In this document: positions 21,883-31,658 of the stretch, piece by piece
Numbering within the stretch: position 1 is the stretch's first letter
Layout: the number at the start of each line of letters is the position of its first letter
Assembly: GCA_963762145.1 (NCBI GenBank)
Contig: CAVXJS010000014.1
Span: forward strand, 1-64,000
DNA from: an uncultured Candidatus Rokubacteria bacterium
GTDB lineage: Bacteria; Methylomirabilota; Methylomirabilia; Rokubacteriales; CSP1-6
Reading direction: 5' to 3'
Length of the DNA stretch: 64,000 bases
Notes under the pieces: model-generated
Seen by the model: only the letters and a program-made list of their open reading frames with translations
What the model was told of the DNA's origin: nothing
Database searches by the model: none
Translations under genes and position numbers: made by a program

Positions 21883-22172
21883 GGGGGCTGTCGTGTGATG
21901 CCCGCCGAGAGGAGTGCGCTCACTTTCGCTTTAAGCGGGCGCACGCCAAGGCGCCCAGCCATCGCCCGAAGGGGATGAGCCGCCCTCCTGGAGGTTACCC
22001 CTTCGGGCTCTATCCTACGTCGCCTCGCCCTCGACCACGATCAGCCGCCCGCGGCCGTCAGTGTCCGGAATCGGGACGCCCTCGATGCGATGGCCACACT
22101 CTACTCGACGGTGCTCCAGGGCCGGGTTGGCATAGTAGTTTTCACACTCTGATGCATGCTCTACTGGCCATC

Positions 22173-22619
22173 ATGAAAGCAAAGACTCAAAGCGATGAAC
22201 TAGTAACCACCGTGGTCGTCGTGGACGATGACCCTGACTACCTCTGGGTCGTCCGCTTCATCCTGGAATCGGGGCCGGACCAGACAGCCATCGTGGGTGA
22301 GGCTGGAAGCGGCGAGGAGGCCCTCGAGTTGGTGCTACAGAAAAACCCCGACATCGTAATCGTTGACTTGATGATGCCTCGCCTCAACGGTCTGGAGTTG
22401 ACGAGGCGCATCAAGCAGGTACGGCCCCAGACGAAGATCCTGCTGATGAGCGCTTACACCGAGGATACGTATCGGCGCATCGCCTCCGTGAGTGGCGCAG
22501 ACGGGTTCGTAAACAAGAACCTGCTTCAAACCGCTCTAGTCCCTGCGATCCGCGAGATCATGGTTCAGCCGCCGTCAACCTTGCATGAACCTCCGCCATC
22601 CTCTTCTCCACCCGCCTGA
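22173..22619 (+). CDS. Stand-alone response regulator receiver protein
   Basis: VVVVDDD, IVDLMMPRLNG, GADGFVNK; paralog of 19759-20202. Confidence 0.85.
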   Translation: MKAKTQSDELVTTVVVVDDDPDYLWVVRFILESGPDQTAIVGEAGSGEEALELVLQKNPDIVIVDLMMPRLNGLELTRRIKQVRPQTKILLMSAYTEDTYRRIASVSGADGFVNKNLLQTALVPAIREIMVQPPSTLHEPPPSSSPPA

Positions 22620-22705
22620 TCTGCCATTCTAGGCGCGCCCGACATTCTCGGTTCTCCTGGGGCGTAGCATCAAGTTCCCGCTGGTAGTTGAAGACGTGGG
22701 CAGGC

Positions 22706-22993
22706 TCATCGCCGCCTGTCCGATTCGGACAGCCACATGCGATAGCAGCCCTCATGAACCGGCACTGTCCCGGTCCCACGCGGCACCGGCAAATCATACT
22801 GAATACCCTGCACGCTGATGCGGAGGCGGCATACTGCACAAGGCTTGACCGCGCCGTGCCCAAACCAGACCGGCGCGGCTTCCAGCAGCCATAGCCGACC
22901 CTTGTCCAAGCCATCCCTCACGAGCTGCAAAATGGACGACTGGCGAGTCGAGTCCTCCGGGGTGCGCCGCGACCGAAGCGAGGGATGAGGCAA
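22706..22993 (-). CDS. CxxC...HxxCYxxW small protein
   Basis: GHGAVKPCAVCRLRI...VHEGCYRMW; GGAGG RBS, TTG start. Confidence 0.62.
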   Translation of the reverse strand: MPHPSLRSRRTPEDSTRQSSILQLVRDGLDKGRLWLLEAAPVWFGHGAVKPCAVCRLRISVQGIQYDLPVPRGTGTVPVHEGCYRMWLSESDRRR

Positions 22994-23043
22994 GGATACC
23001 CTCCGAGAGGGCCCTTCTGCCTCTCCTCAGAGGGCGGAGGGTG

Positions 23044-23073
23044 AGTATAGGGGGCGACGGACGGGATATGCAA
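23044..23073 (-). promoter_or_regulatory. Sigma70-type promoter TTGCAT-N18-TATACT
   Basis: Consensus-like hexamers upstream of 22993. Confidence 0.55.
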
Positions 23074-23105
23074 CCGCGTAGTGCGCCTTGACGGAACTGC
23101 TGACA

Positions 23106-23338
23106 TGACGGACCTCGACCGCGAGCAGCTCAAGCGCGATTGTTCCGACGCCCTCGAGGCACTCCTGCGGGAGCAGCGGGTGGACGCGATCGCCGGCTTG
23201 GCTGAATCCCTCCGGGTCCTCGGCCCCCCGTACCGCTTCCATGGCGAGCTGATGCACGGGGCGCTGCGGGACGGGCAAGACAACCCGATCACGCGGCACC
23301 TGATCCAGGTACTCGAGCAGCTGGAGAAGGAGACGTAG
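23106..23338 (+). CDS. Hypothetical protein
   Basis: Short ORF with GC-rich third codon positions; no recognisable motif. Confidence 0.45.
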
Positions 23339-23398
23339 AAATAAGGCGCCCCTGGGGACACCAAACGACAACCTGAATAAAAGGGGGGTTACTAGGAA

Positions 23399-24084
23399 AT
23401 GGCGGAAAGCGACGGCACCATACGCCGCTGGAGCACCAAGAAGAAGGACGACGCACCCCGTGGGCTCTTTCGGCATTCCGGCGGCGGCTGGGGCATCCGA
23501 TACACCTGCGGGGCGGGGCATGTGCACGAGGAGAAGGTCGGTCAGATCAAGGGGGATGCGCTCCGTGCCCAGGCGACCCGCCGCGCCCGATGCTATGCGG
23601 AGCCCGGATGGTGCCCGGCTCGTCGGGCGGCCGCATGGATCTCTTGGCCGGCTTCGTCACGGTGCCGCCGGGCAAGAATGGCCGGACTAGCCAGGTGCCC
23701 ATGAATAGCGTGGTGCGCGCCGTCCTGCTGGATCTGGCGACGCAGCGCGCACGGACGGACGACCCCCACGCGCTCGTCTTCCCGTGTTCCTATCGGGAGC
23801 CCGACAAGTTCTTTCCCGCGGCCGTGGAGCGGGCCAGGAAGGTTCTGGAAGCGGCGGGGCAGCCCGCCGGCCACCTCGAGGCATACACGTGGCATGGCAA
23901 CCGGCACACTTTCGCCTCGCGGCTGGTCATGGCTGGGGTAGACTTGCGCACGGTCCAGCAGCTCGGCGGGTGGCAGAGCTTGGCCATGGTCCAGCGCTAC
24001 GCCCACCTCGCCCCTGATCACCTGCGCGCGGCGGTCGAGCGCCTCGTGCAGGCCTCGGACCGAGTGGCACTAGGACAGGACTAG
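23399..24084 (+). pseudogene. Tyrosine integrase with a large internal deletion
   Basis: N-terminal GLFRHSGGGWGIRY joined out of frame to GKNGRTSQVPMN...WHGNRHTFASRL...GGWQSLAMVQRYAHL; first catalytic Arg box missing. Confidence 0.85.
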
Positions 24085-24151
24085 GACGTATCGACGGCGG
24101 ATGGGGAGCTTGCTCGCGTCGTCGTCGTGCAAGATACTGATTGTGTTACGC

Positions 24152-24243
24152 GGAGGGGTGGCCGAGCCCGGTTGAAGGCGTCCGACTCGAAATCGGATAG
24201 GGGCGCAAGTCCCTCGGGGGTTCAAATCCTCTCCCCTCCGCCA
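24152..24243 (+). tRNA. tRNA-Ser(CGA)
   Basis: Anticodon loop CTCGAAA, long variable arm, CCA. Confidence 0.95.
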
Positions 24244-24278
24244 ATTTAGCGCACTTCAAGACGTGCCGGACAGTGCGC

Positions 24279-24368
24279 GGAGGGGTGACCGAGCGGCCGA
24301 AGGTGCGGCACTGGAAATGCCGTGTACGGGCAACTGTACCGTGGGTTCGAATCCCACCCCCTCCGCCA
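24279..24368 (+). tRNA. tRNA-Ser(GGA)
   Basis: Anticodon loop CTGGAAA, long variable arm, CCA. Confidence 0.95.
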
Positions 24369-24389
24369 TTTTTCTCGCTCACAGCTGTG

Positions 24390-24658
24390 GCCGTGCTAGA
24401 CGGGGAGGTAGCGGTGCCCTGTAACCCGCAATCCGCTATCAGCGGGGTTGAATTCCCTCTCGAGGGCGGTCGTGTCGAATGAGCCGTCACGGGACGGCGT
24501 TGAAGGTTGGGCCCCACGCAACGGGAATGCGTCGAACCCCGCCAGGCCCGGAAGGGAGCAACGGTAAGGCGCCCCTCTCGTGTGCCGTGGGAGTACCTGA
24601 CCGGAGCAGGTTCCGTGCGGAGATCGCGGTATGGGCGGTTCGATTGAGGGTGCACGGC
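24390..24658 (+). ncRNA. ffs: Large (Alu-domain, Bacillus-type) SRP RNA
   Basis: Terminal pairing GCCGTGC/GCACGGC, Alu-like GGGGAGGTAGCGGTGCCCTGT, helix 8 CAGGCCCGGAAGGGAGCA; upstream of dnaX. Confidence 0.9.
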
Positions 24659-24663
24659 ACTCT

Positions 24664-26424
24664 TTGACTTATCAGGTCCTGGCGCGGAAGTGGCGGCCGC
24701 AGGACGTTCGACGCGGTCGTCGGGCAGGATCCCGTCACGCGCACGCTCGCGCAACGCGCTCGCCTCGGGCCGCATCGCGCACGCCTATCTGTTCGCCGGG
24801 CCGCGCGGCGTCGGCAAGACCACCACCGCGCGCCTCCTCGCCAAGGCGCTGGTGTGCACCGCGCGCACCGGCACCGAGGCCTGCGGCGCGTGCCCGTCGT
24901 GCCTGGACTCGCCGGCGCGCCGGTGGACGTGATCGAGATCGACGCGGCGTCCAACACGCAGCATCGAGGAGATCCGCACCCTCCGCGAGAACGTCAAGTA
25001 CGCGCCCGCGCGCGGCCGCTTCAAGGTCTACATCATCGACGAGGTCCACAGCTCACCGGCGCCGCCTTCAACGCGCTCCTCAAGACGCTGGAGGAGCCGC
25101 CCGCGCACGTGGTCTTCGTGCTCGCCACCACCGACCCCAAGACATCCCGGCCACCGTGCTCTCGCGCTGCAGCGCTTCGACTTCCGGCCGATCGCGCCCG
25201 AGCTGCTGACCGCGAGCCTCACCGCGCATCCTCGAGGAGGAGGGCGTGCCGTTCGAGCCGGCCGCGCTGCCGCGCGCTCATCCGCGCCGCCGAGGGCTGC
25301 CTGCGCGACGCGCTGTCGCTGCTCGACACCGCGATCGCCTACGGCGAGGGCCGGCTCGACGAGGCGGGCGTGGCCCGCTGCTCGGCTCGACCTCGCCGGT
25401 GCGACGTGCGCGGCCTTCGTGGGGGCGCTGCTCGCCGGCGACGGCGCCGCCGCGCTGGAGGCGGTGGACCGCGCCGCGACCGCGGGCGAGGACCTCGGCG
25501 CGTTCTGCCGCGAGGTGATCGAGCTGCTGCGCCGCCTGCTCGTGCTGAAGGCGGCGCCGGGCGCGAAGCTCGTGCCGACCTGCACGCCCGCCGAGGCGGA
25601 CGAGCTGCGGGCGGTCGCGGAGCCGGTATCCGCTCGACGAGCTCCTGTACGTGCTGCGCGCGTTCCTCGACGCCGACGCGGAGATGCGCGGCTCGCCGCA
25701 CCCGCGGGTCGAGCTCGAGATCGCGGCCGTGCGCGCCACGCGCCGCCCGCGGCCGCAGGCCATCGAGACGCTGATCGGCAAGCGTGGAGGAGGCGGAGAC
25801 GCGGCTGCGCCAGATGCCGTCCGCCGGCCCCGGCACGACGGGCCGGGCCGTGTGGTGCAGGAGAGGCTGCTCGACGCGCGTCCGACGCCGCGCGCGCCGC
25901 TCCGGTGGCGCCCGAGCCGTCTCCGCCGCGCGCCAATCCCGCCGCCGATCCGGCGCCTCCGGCGCCCGAGGCCGCGAGCAGCCGGGTGGCCGAGGCGGAG
26001 CCCCTGATCGCGGCCGCGGCGGCCGACATGGAGGCCACCGCGTCCGCCCTGCCTCCGCCCGCCGGCCTGGACGCGGCGTGGCAACGGGTCGTCGACGAGG
26101 TCATGAGGCGCAAGGCGGTGCTGGGCGCGGTGCTCCAGCACGCCACGCCGCTCCGCGTGGAGGGCGGCGTGCTCACGCTGGCGCTCCTGGCCAGCCGCTT
26201 CCACCGTGAGATGCTCAACGATCGCGGCAGCAAGGACCTGATCGACCAGGCCGTGCGGCGCCACGTGCGTCGGCGCGGCGTTCGAGCTGGATCCCATGGC
26301 GGCGCGACGAGCGGGGGCGGGGGCGGGGCCCGCAACCATCCCGCGGTGCAGGCCGCGCTCAGCGCATTCCAGGGCGAGGTGGTCGCGGTGCGGCCGCGGA
26401 GCCCGGAGGAAGGAGAACCAGTGA
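24664..26424 (+). CDS. dnaX: DNA polymerase III gamma/tau, many frameshifts
   Basis: [45 protein letters not shown]. Confidence 0.92.
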
Positions 26425-26737
26425 AAGGCTTCGGCAACATGATGAAGGAAGCGCAGAAGCTCCAGGCCCAGATGGAGCAGCTCCAGGCGGAGGCGGCCAA
26501 GAAGAAGGTGGAGGCGACCGCCGGCGGCGGCATGGTCACGGTGGAGGCCAACGGCAAGCAGGAGATCGTCTCCATCAAGATCGACCGCGAGGTCATCAAC
26601 CGGAGGACGCGCAGATGCTCGAGGATCTCGTGCTGGCCGCCAGCAACGAGGCGCTGCGCAAGTCGAAGGAGATGGTCCAGGGGGAGATGGGCAAGATCAC
26701 GGCCGGGCTCAAGATCCCCGGCCTCGGCCCAGGATAG
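26421..26737 (+). CDS. ybaB: YbaB/EbfC nucleoid-associated protein, one frameshift
   Basis: NMMKEAQKLQAQM...AGGGMVTVEANG; located between dnaX and recR. Confidence 0.9.
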
Positions 26738-26744
26738 GAAAATA

Positions 26745-27347
26745 ATGGCCTACTACCCGGAGCCGGTGGCGCGGCTCATCGACGCGCTCCAGCGGCTGCC
26801 CGGCATCGGGCCCAAGACGGCCCAGCGGCTCACCTTCTTCCTCCTCAAGCGGCCGGCCGCCGAGGTCGCCGAGCTCGGCGAGGCCCTGGCCCAGCTCAAG
26901 GAGCGCATCGTCCACTGCTCGACGTGCTTCAACGTCACCGAGCAGGATCCCTGCCGCATCTGCGAGGATCCGCAGCGCGACCAGCGAACCCTCTGCGTGG
27001 TGGAGGAGCCCAACGACCTGCTGGCGCTCGAGCGCACGGGCGAGTTCCGCGGGCGCTATCACGTGCTGCTGGGCGCGCTGTCGCCGCTCGACGGCATCGG
27101 GCCCGAGGACCTGAAGGTGCGCGAGCTGCTCGTGCGGCTGGAGGACGACCAGGTCGAGGAGGTGATCCTGGCCACCAATCCGAACGTGGAGGGCGAGGCC
27201 ACCGCGCTCTACCTGGCCAGGCTGCTCCGGCCGCTCGGCATGCGCATCACCCGCATCGCCCGCGGGCTGCCGGTGGGCGGCGACCTCGAGTACGCCGACC
27301 AGGTGACGCTGTCCAAGGCCCTGGAGGGGCGGCGCGAGATGGGGTAG
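26745..27347 (+). CDS. recR: Recombination protein RecR
   Basis: LPGIGPKTAQR, C4 zinc finger, EVILATNPNVEGEAT. Confidence 0.96.
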   Translation: MAYYPEPVARLIDALQRLPGIGPKTAQRLTFFLLKRPAAEVAELGEALAQLKERIVHCSTCFNVTEQDPCRICEDPQRDQRTLCVVEEPNDLLALERTGEFRGRYHVLLGALSPLDGIGPEDLKVRELLVRLEDDQVEEVILATNPNVEGEATALYLARLLRPLGMRITRIARGLPVGGDLEYADQVTLSKALEGRREMG

Positions 27348-27407
27348 GGAGGCTTGGCGACCGTCCGGAACGTGTGATAGAACAGACCGGACGGTTCCCT
27401 CCCTGAT

Positions 27408-27482
27408 TCCCCGATAGCTCAATGGTAGAGCATCCGGCTGTTAACCGGAGGGTTGCAGGTTCGAGTCCTGCTCGGGGAGCCA
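27408..27482 (+). tRNA. tRNA-Asn(GTT)
   Basis: Anticodon loop CTGTTAA, CCA. Confidence 0.95.
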
Positions 27483-27519
27483 CCCCTCCCGGCCCCGACC
27501 CCGATGCTATAATCGCCCC

Positions 27520-28992
27520 GTGACCCCCCTGAGCCCCGCCCGGAAGACGCTCCTCCGTCGCGAGATGGAGGCCCTGCTCGGTCCGGGGGGCGTGCTCTCC
27601 GATCCGGAAGAGCTGCTGGTCTACGAGTCCGACGGACTCACCCTCTTCCGCGCCCTCGCCGACTTCGTCGTGTTCCCGCGGAGCGCGGAGCAGGTGGCGG
27701 CCCTGGTCAAGATCGCCGGCCGGGAGGGCATGCCCTTCGTGGCCCGCGGCGCCGGCACCGGGCTCTCGGGCGGCTGCCTGCCGTCCGAAGGCGGCCTCGT
27801 CATCTCGCTGATGCGGATGAATCGCGTGCTCGAGGTCGACTACGAGAACCAGATCGCGGTGGTGGAGCCGGGACTCGTGAACCTCCACCTCTCGTGGGCG
27901 GTAGGGCCGCAGGGCTACTACTATGCGCCCGACCCGTCGAGCCAGCAGGCCTGCACCATCGGCGGCAACATCGCGAACAACTCGGGCGGCCCGCACACCC
28001 TCAAGTACGGCGTGACGACCAATCACGTGCTCGGCCTCGAGGTCGTGCTGCCCGACGGCGAGCTGATGTGGATCGGGGGCAAGACGCGCGACGCGCAGGG
28101 CTACGACCTGGTCGGCCTCTTCGTCGGCTCCGAGGGCACCTTCGGCATCGCGACCAAGATCGTCGTGCGCATCCTGAAAAAGCCGCAGGCGGTAAAGACA
28201 GTGCTCGCCGTCTTCGACCAGGTGGACCAGGCCTCGGAGGCGGTGTCCGCGATCATCGCGCGCGGCCTCGTGCCCGCCGCGATGGAGATGATCGACCAGC
28301 TCACGATCGAGGCGGTGGAGGACGCGTTCGGCTGCGGCTACCCACGCGACGCGGCGGCCGCGCTCCTGATCGAGCTGGACGGCCTCGCGGCGGGCATGGA
28401 GGCGCAGGCCGAGCGCGTGGTCCAGGCGTGCCGCGATTGCGGCGCCCGCGACGTGCGCGCCGCGCGCGACGAGGCGGAGCGGCAGCTGCTCTGGAAGGGC
28501 CGCAAGTCCGCGTTCGGCGCGTACGGTCGGATCTCGCCCGCCTACATGGTGATGGACGGCGTGATCCCGCGGACGAAGCTGCCCTACGTGCTCGGGCGCG
28601 TGAACGCGATCGCGGCCGAACACGGCCTTCGGGTCGGCAACGTGTTCCACGCGGGCGACGGCAACCTGCACCCGAACATCCTCTACGATCCGCGCAAGCC
28701 GGGTGAGGAAGCGCGGGTGGTGGCCGCCGGGGCCGAGATCCTGAAGGTCTGCGCCGAGGTGGGCGGGTCCATCTCGGGGGAGCACGGGATCGGGCTCGAG
28801 AAGGCCGACTACATGCCGTTGATCTTCTCGGAGGCCGATCTCGCGTGTATGCGGCTGGTGAAGGAGGCGTTCAATCCGACCGGCCTCTGCAATCCCGGCA
28901 AGATCTTCCCCAGCAACAAGGCCTGTGTCGAGGTCGGCCCGGCCTACCGTCCGCATCCGATCGAAGAGAAGGGCCTCGCTCAGCGCTTCTAG
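27520..28992 (+). CDS. glcD: Glycolate oxidase FAD subunit GlcD
   Basis: RGAGTGLSGG, APDPSSQQACTIGGN, FHAGDGNLHP, SGEHGIG. Confidence 0.88.
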   Translation: MTPLSPARKTLLRREMEALLGPGGVLSDPEELLVYESDGLTLFRALADFVVFPRSAEQVAALVKIAGREGMPFVARGAGTGLSGGCLPSEGGLVISLMRMNRVLEVDYENQIAVVEPGLVNLHLSWAVGPQGYYYAPDPSSQQACTIGGNIANNSGGPHTLKYGVTTNHVLGLEVVLPDGELMWIGGKTRDAQGYDLVGLFVGSEGTFGIATKIVVRILKKPQAVKTVLAVFDQVDQASEAVSAIIARGLVPAAMEMIDQLTIEAVEDAFGCGYPRDAAAALLIELDGLAAGMEAQAERVVQACRDCGARDVRAARDEAERQLLWKGRKSAFGAYGRISPAYMVMDGVIPRTKLPYVLGRVNAIAAEHGLRVGNVFHAGDGNLHPNILYDPRKPGEEARVVAAGAEILKVCAEVGGSISGEHGIGLEKADYMPLIFSEADLACMRLVKEAFNPTGLCNPGKIFPSNKACVEVGPAYRPHPIEEKGLAQRF

Positions 28993-29013
28993 CGCGGGAA
29001 TCAGGAGCTGCCC

Positions 29014-30333
29014 GTGCCGTCAGCCCTGCCGGACAAGCTGCGCCTCATCGTCGGCGCCCCCCATGTGCTCACCGGCGTGGATTGCTCGCCGTACGTGGTG
29101 GAGGGCCGCACGCCGGACGCGGTGGTCTTCCCGGGTACGAAGGAGGAGGTCGCCGCGGTGCTGGTCGCGGCCGGCGAGGCGGGCCTGCCGGTCACGCCGT
29201 GGGGCGGCGGCACCCGCATGGCGATCGGCTCCCCGCCCAACCGGATCGGCCTCGTGCTGGGGCTCAAGCGGCTCGACCGGATTCTCGAGCACGAGCCGGG
29301 CGATCTCACGGTCACCGTCGAGGCCGGGCTGCCCTTCGACACCCTGCAAGCCGAGCTGGGCAAGCGCGGGCAGTGGCTCTCGCTCGACGCGGGCGCGTCC
29401 AACCGGTCCACCGTGGGCGGCATGCTCGCCAGCGACGCCTCGGGGCCCCGCCGGCACCTCTACGGCACCGCGCGCGACCTGGTGATCGGCCTCACCGTCG
29501 TGATGGCCGACGGCAGCCTCGTGCGGGGCGGCGGCAAGGTGGTCAAGAACGTGGCCGGCTACGATCTCCCGAAGCTCTACATCGGGTCCTTCGGCACGCT
29601 GGGCGTGCTGGTGGAGGCGACCCTGAAGCTCCGGCCGCGCGTGGACGTGGACCGGCTGGTGGTCGCGCGCTTCGATCGGCTCAAGGCCGCGGGAGCGGCC
29701 GCGCGCGCGGTGCTGAGCTCCGATCTCATTCCCTGCGCGCTCGAGCTGGCCGACGCGGAGGCGCTGCGCCGCCTCGGGCTGGGCGGCGGTGCCGCGCTCC
29801 TGGTCGGCCTCGACGGCATCGCGGAGCAGGTGGACTGGGAGGTCGCCGAGCTCCAGCGCCTGCTCGCTCCGATCGGCCTCGGCGAGACCACCGTGCTCGA
29901 CGGCGCCGCGCGCGATGACGCCTGGCGCGGGCTCGCCGGTCTCGGGCGCCCGGGCCACGAGCGCGTCGCGGCGGTGATGAAGTGGGCGGTGCTGCCCGGC
30001 CAGATCGCCGACCTCATGGAGGCGGGCGCCGCGGCCGCGCAGCGCAACGGCCTCGTGGGTGCCCTCAGCGCGCACGCGGGGGTGGGCATCGTCACCGCGG
30101 TGCTGGCCGGCGGCACCAACCCGAACGCGGTGGTGTCCACGCTCACCGAGTGGCGCGCACTCGTCAACCGCGTGGACGGGCACGCGATGATCGAGTGGGC
30201 GCCGCTCGCGGTGAAGGAGCGGGTAGCGGTCTGGGACGCTGCCGGGCCCACGCTCCGGTTGATGAAGGGCATCAAGGAGCGGCTCGATCCGCACGGCATC
30301 CTGAACCCGGGCCGCTTCGTGGGAGGCATCTGA
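29014..30333 (+). CDS. glcE: Glycolate oxidase FAD subunit GlcE
   Basis: GGKVVKNVAGYDLPKL, DPHGILNPGR. Confidence 0.85.
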   Translation: MPSALPDKLRLIVGAPHVLTGVDCSPYVVEGRTPDAVVFPGTKEEVAAVLVAAGEAGLPVTPWGGGTRMAIGSPPNRIGLVLGLKRLDRILEHEPGDLTVTVEAGLPFDTLQAELGKRGQWLSLDAGASNRSTVGGMLASDASGPRRHLYGTARDLVIGLTVVMADGSLVRGGGKVVKNVAGYDLPKLYIGSFGTLGVLVEATLKLRPRVDVDRLVVARFDRLKAAGAAARAVLSSDLIPCALELADAEALRRLGLGGGAALLVGLDGIAEQVDWEVAELQRLLAPIGLGETTVLDGAARDDAWRGLAGLGRPGHERVAAVMKWAVLPGQIADLMEAGAAAAQRNGLVGALSAHAGVGIVTAVLAGGTNPNAVVSTLTEWRALVNRVDGHAMIEWAPLAVKERVAVWDAAGPTLRLMKGIKERLDPHGILNPGRFVGGI

Positions 30334-30337
30334 CCCG

Positions 30338-31657
30338 ATGGCACACCCGCCGGTGACCGAGACGAAGCCGTCGCAGCCGCTCACCCTGCACGGCCTGCCC
30401 GTGGACGGGGTGGATCGGTGCGTGCACTGCGGACTCTGCCTCGCCTACTGCCCGACCTTCTCCGAGCTGGGCACCGAGATGGACTCGCCGCGCGGCCGCA
30501 TCATGCTGATCAAGTCGCTTGCGGAGGGGCGCATCAACTTGACCGATTCCACCGTCGCGCATCTCGATCTCTGCCTGGGCTGCCGCGCGTGCGAGACGGT
30601 GTGCCCGTCCGGCGTCCCGTACGGCCAGCTCATCGAGGCCGCGCGCGCCGAGATCGAGCGGCAGCGGCCGGGCGGTCTCCTGCGCCGCGGGTTCCGCTGG
30701 GTCAACTTCTCGCTGCTGCTGCCCAACCCGGCGCTGCTGCGGCTGGCCGCCGCCGGCCTCCGCTTCTACCAGGCCAGCGGGCTGCGGCGACTGGTGCGCG
30801 CCTCCGGGCTCTTGCGGGTTCTCCCCGAGTCGCTGCGGCACTGGGAGCCGCTGCTGCCGGATCTGCCGTCGGGCGCCGATCGCGCGCCGCTGGCCGAGGT
30901 GACGCCCGCCAACGGGGTGCGCCGGATCCGGGTCGGCCTCCTCACCGGCTGCATCCAGCAGGTGGCGTTCGGGCCTCAGAATCAGGCGACCGCCCGCGTG
31001 CTCGCCCGCAATGGCGCCGAGGTGGTCGCGCCGCGGACGCAGGCCTGCTGCGGCGCGCTCCACGCCCACGCGGGCGAGCACGAGACCGCGCTGGCCCTGG
31101 CCCGGCGCACCATCGAGACCTTCGAGGCGGCCGGCGTCGAGCACGTCATCGTGAACACCTCCGGCTGCGGCGCGCACATGAAGGCCTACGGCACGCTGCT
31201 GGCGGGCGATCCGGCGTGGCGCGGCCGTGCGGAGCGGTTCGCGGCGAGCGTGCGGGACGTGTCCGAGTTCCTCGCCGCCGAGCCGCTCCGCGGGCCGCTG
31301 CGCGAGGTGAAGCGGACCGTGACGTACCACGATCCCTGTCACGTGGTGCACGGCCAGAAGATCCGCGCGCAGCCCCGCGCGCTCCTCGCGCAGATCCCGG
31401 GCCTGCGCGTCGTGGAGCTCAAGGAGGCCGACTGGTGCTGCGGCTCCGCGGGGACTTACAACCTGACCCAGCCGGAGATGGCCACGCGGCTGCAGGAGCG
31501 GAAGATCGCGCACGTGCGCGCCACCGGCGCCGACGCGGTGGTGACCGCCAACCCGGGCTGCATCATCCAGATCGTCCAGGGGCTGCGCGCGAAGGGCTCG
31601 CCGATCCGGGTGCTCCACATCGTCGAGATCCTCGATCAGGCCTACCGGGGCACGTAG
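30338..31657 (+). CDS. glcF: Glycolate oxidase Fe-S subunit GlcF
   Basis: CVHCGLCLAYCP, CLGCRACETVCP, two CCG domains. Confidence 0.88.
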   Translation: MAHPPVTETKPSQPLTLHGLPVDGVDRCVHCGLCLAYCPTFSELGTEMDSPRGRIMLIKSLAEGRINLTDSTVAHLDLCLGCRACETVCPSGVPYGQLIEAARAEIERQRPGGLLRRGFRWVNFSLLLPNPALLRLAAAGLRFYQASGLRRLVRASGLLRVLPESLRHWEPLLPDLPSGADRAPLAEVTPANGVRRIRVGLLTGCIQQVAFGPQNQATARVLARNGAEVVAPRTQACCGALHAHAGEHETALALARRTIETFEAAGVEHVIVNTSGCGAHMKAYGTLLAGDPAWRGRAERFAASVRDVSEFLAAEPLRGPLREVKRTVTYHDPCHVVHGQKIRAQPRALLAQIPGLRVVELKEADWCCGSAGTYNLTQPEMATRLQERKIAHVRATGADAVVTANPGCIIQIVQGLRAKGSPIRVLHIVEILDQAYRGT

Positions 31658-31658
31658 G

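Larger units (their letters stand above)
7232..24196 (+). mobile_element. Island 1, tRNA-Ser-integrated, degraded
   Basis: 48-bp terminal direct repeat, integrase remnant at the right end, interrupts the tadA/tRNA-Ser/ffs/dnaX order. Confidence 0.9.

Noticed and set aside
24664-26737. Programmed frameshifting or pseudogenisation of dnaX, and the 642-aa dnaX-ybaB-recR fusion ORF
   Set aside because: Many scattered indels in an essential gene and no A-AAA-AAG slippery site seen; consistent with low-coverage long-read errors.
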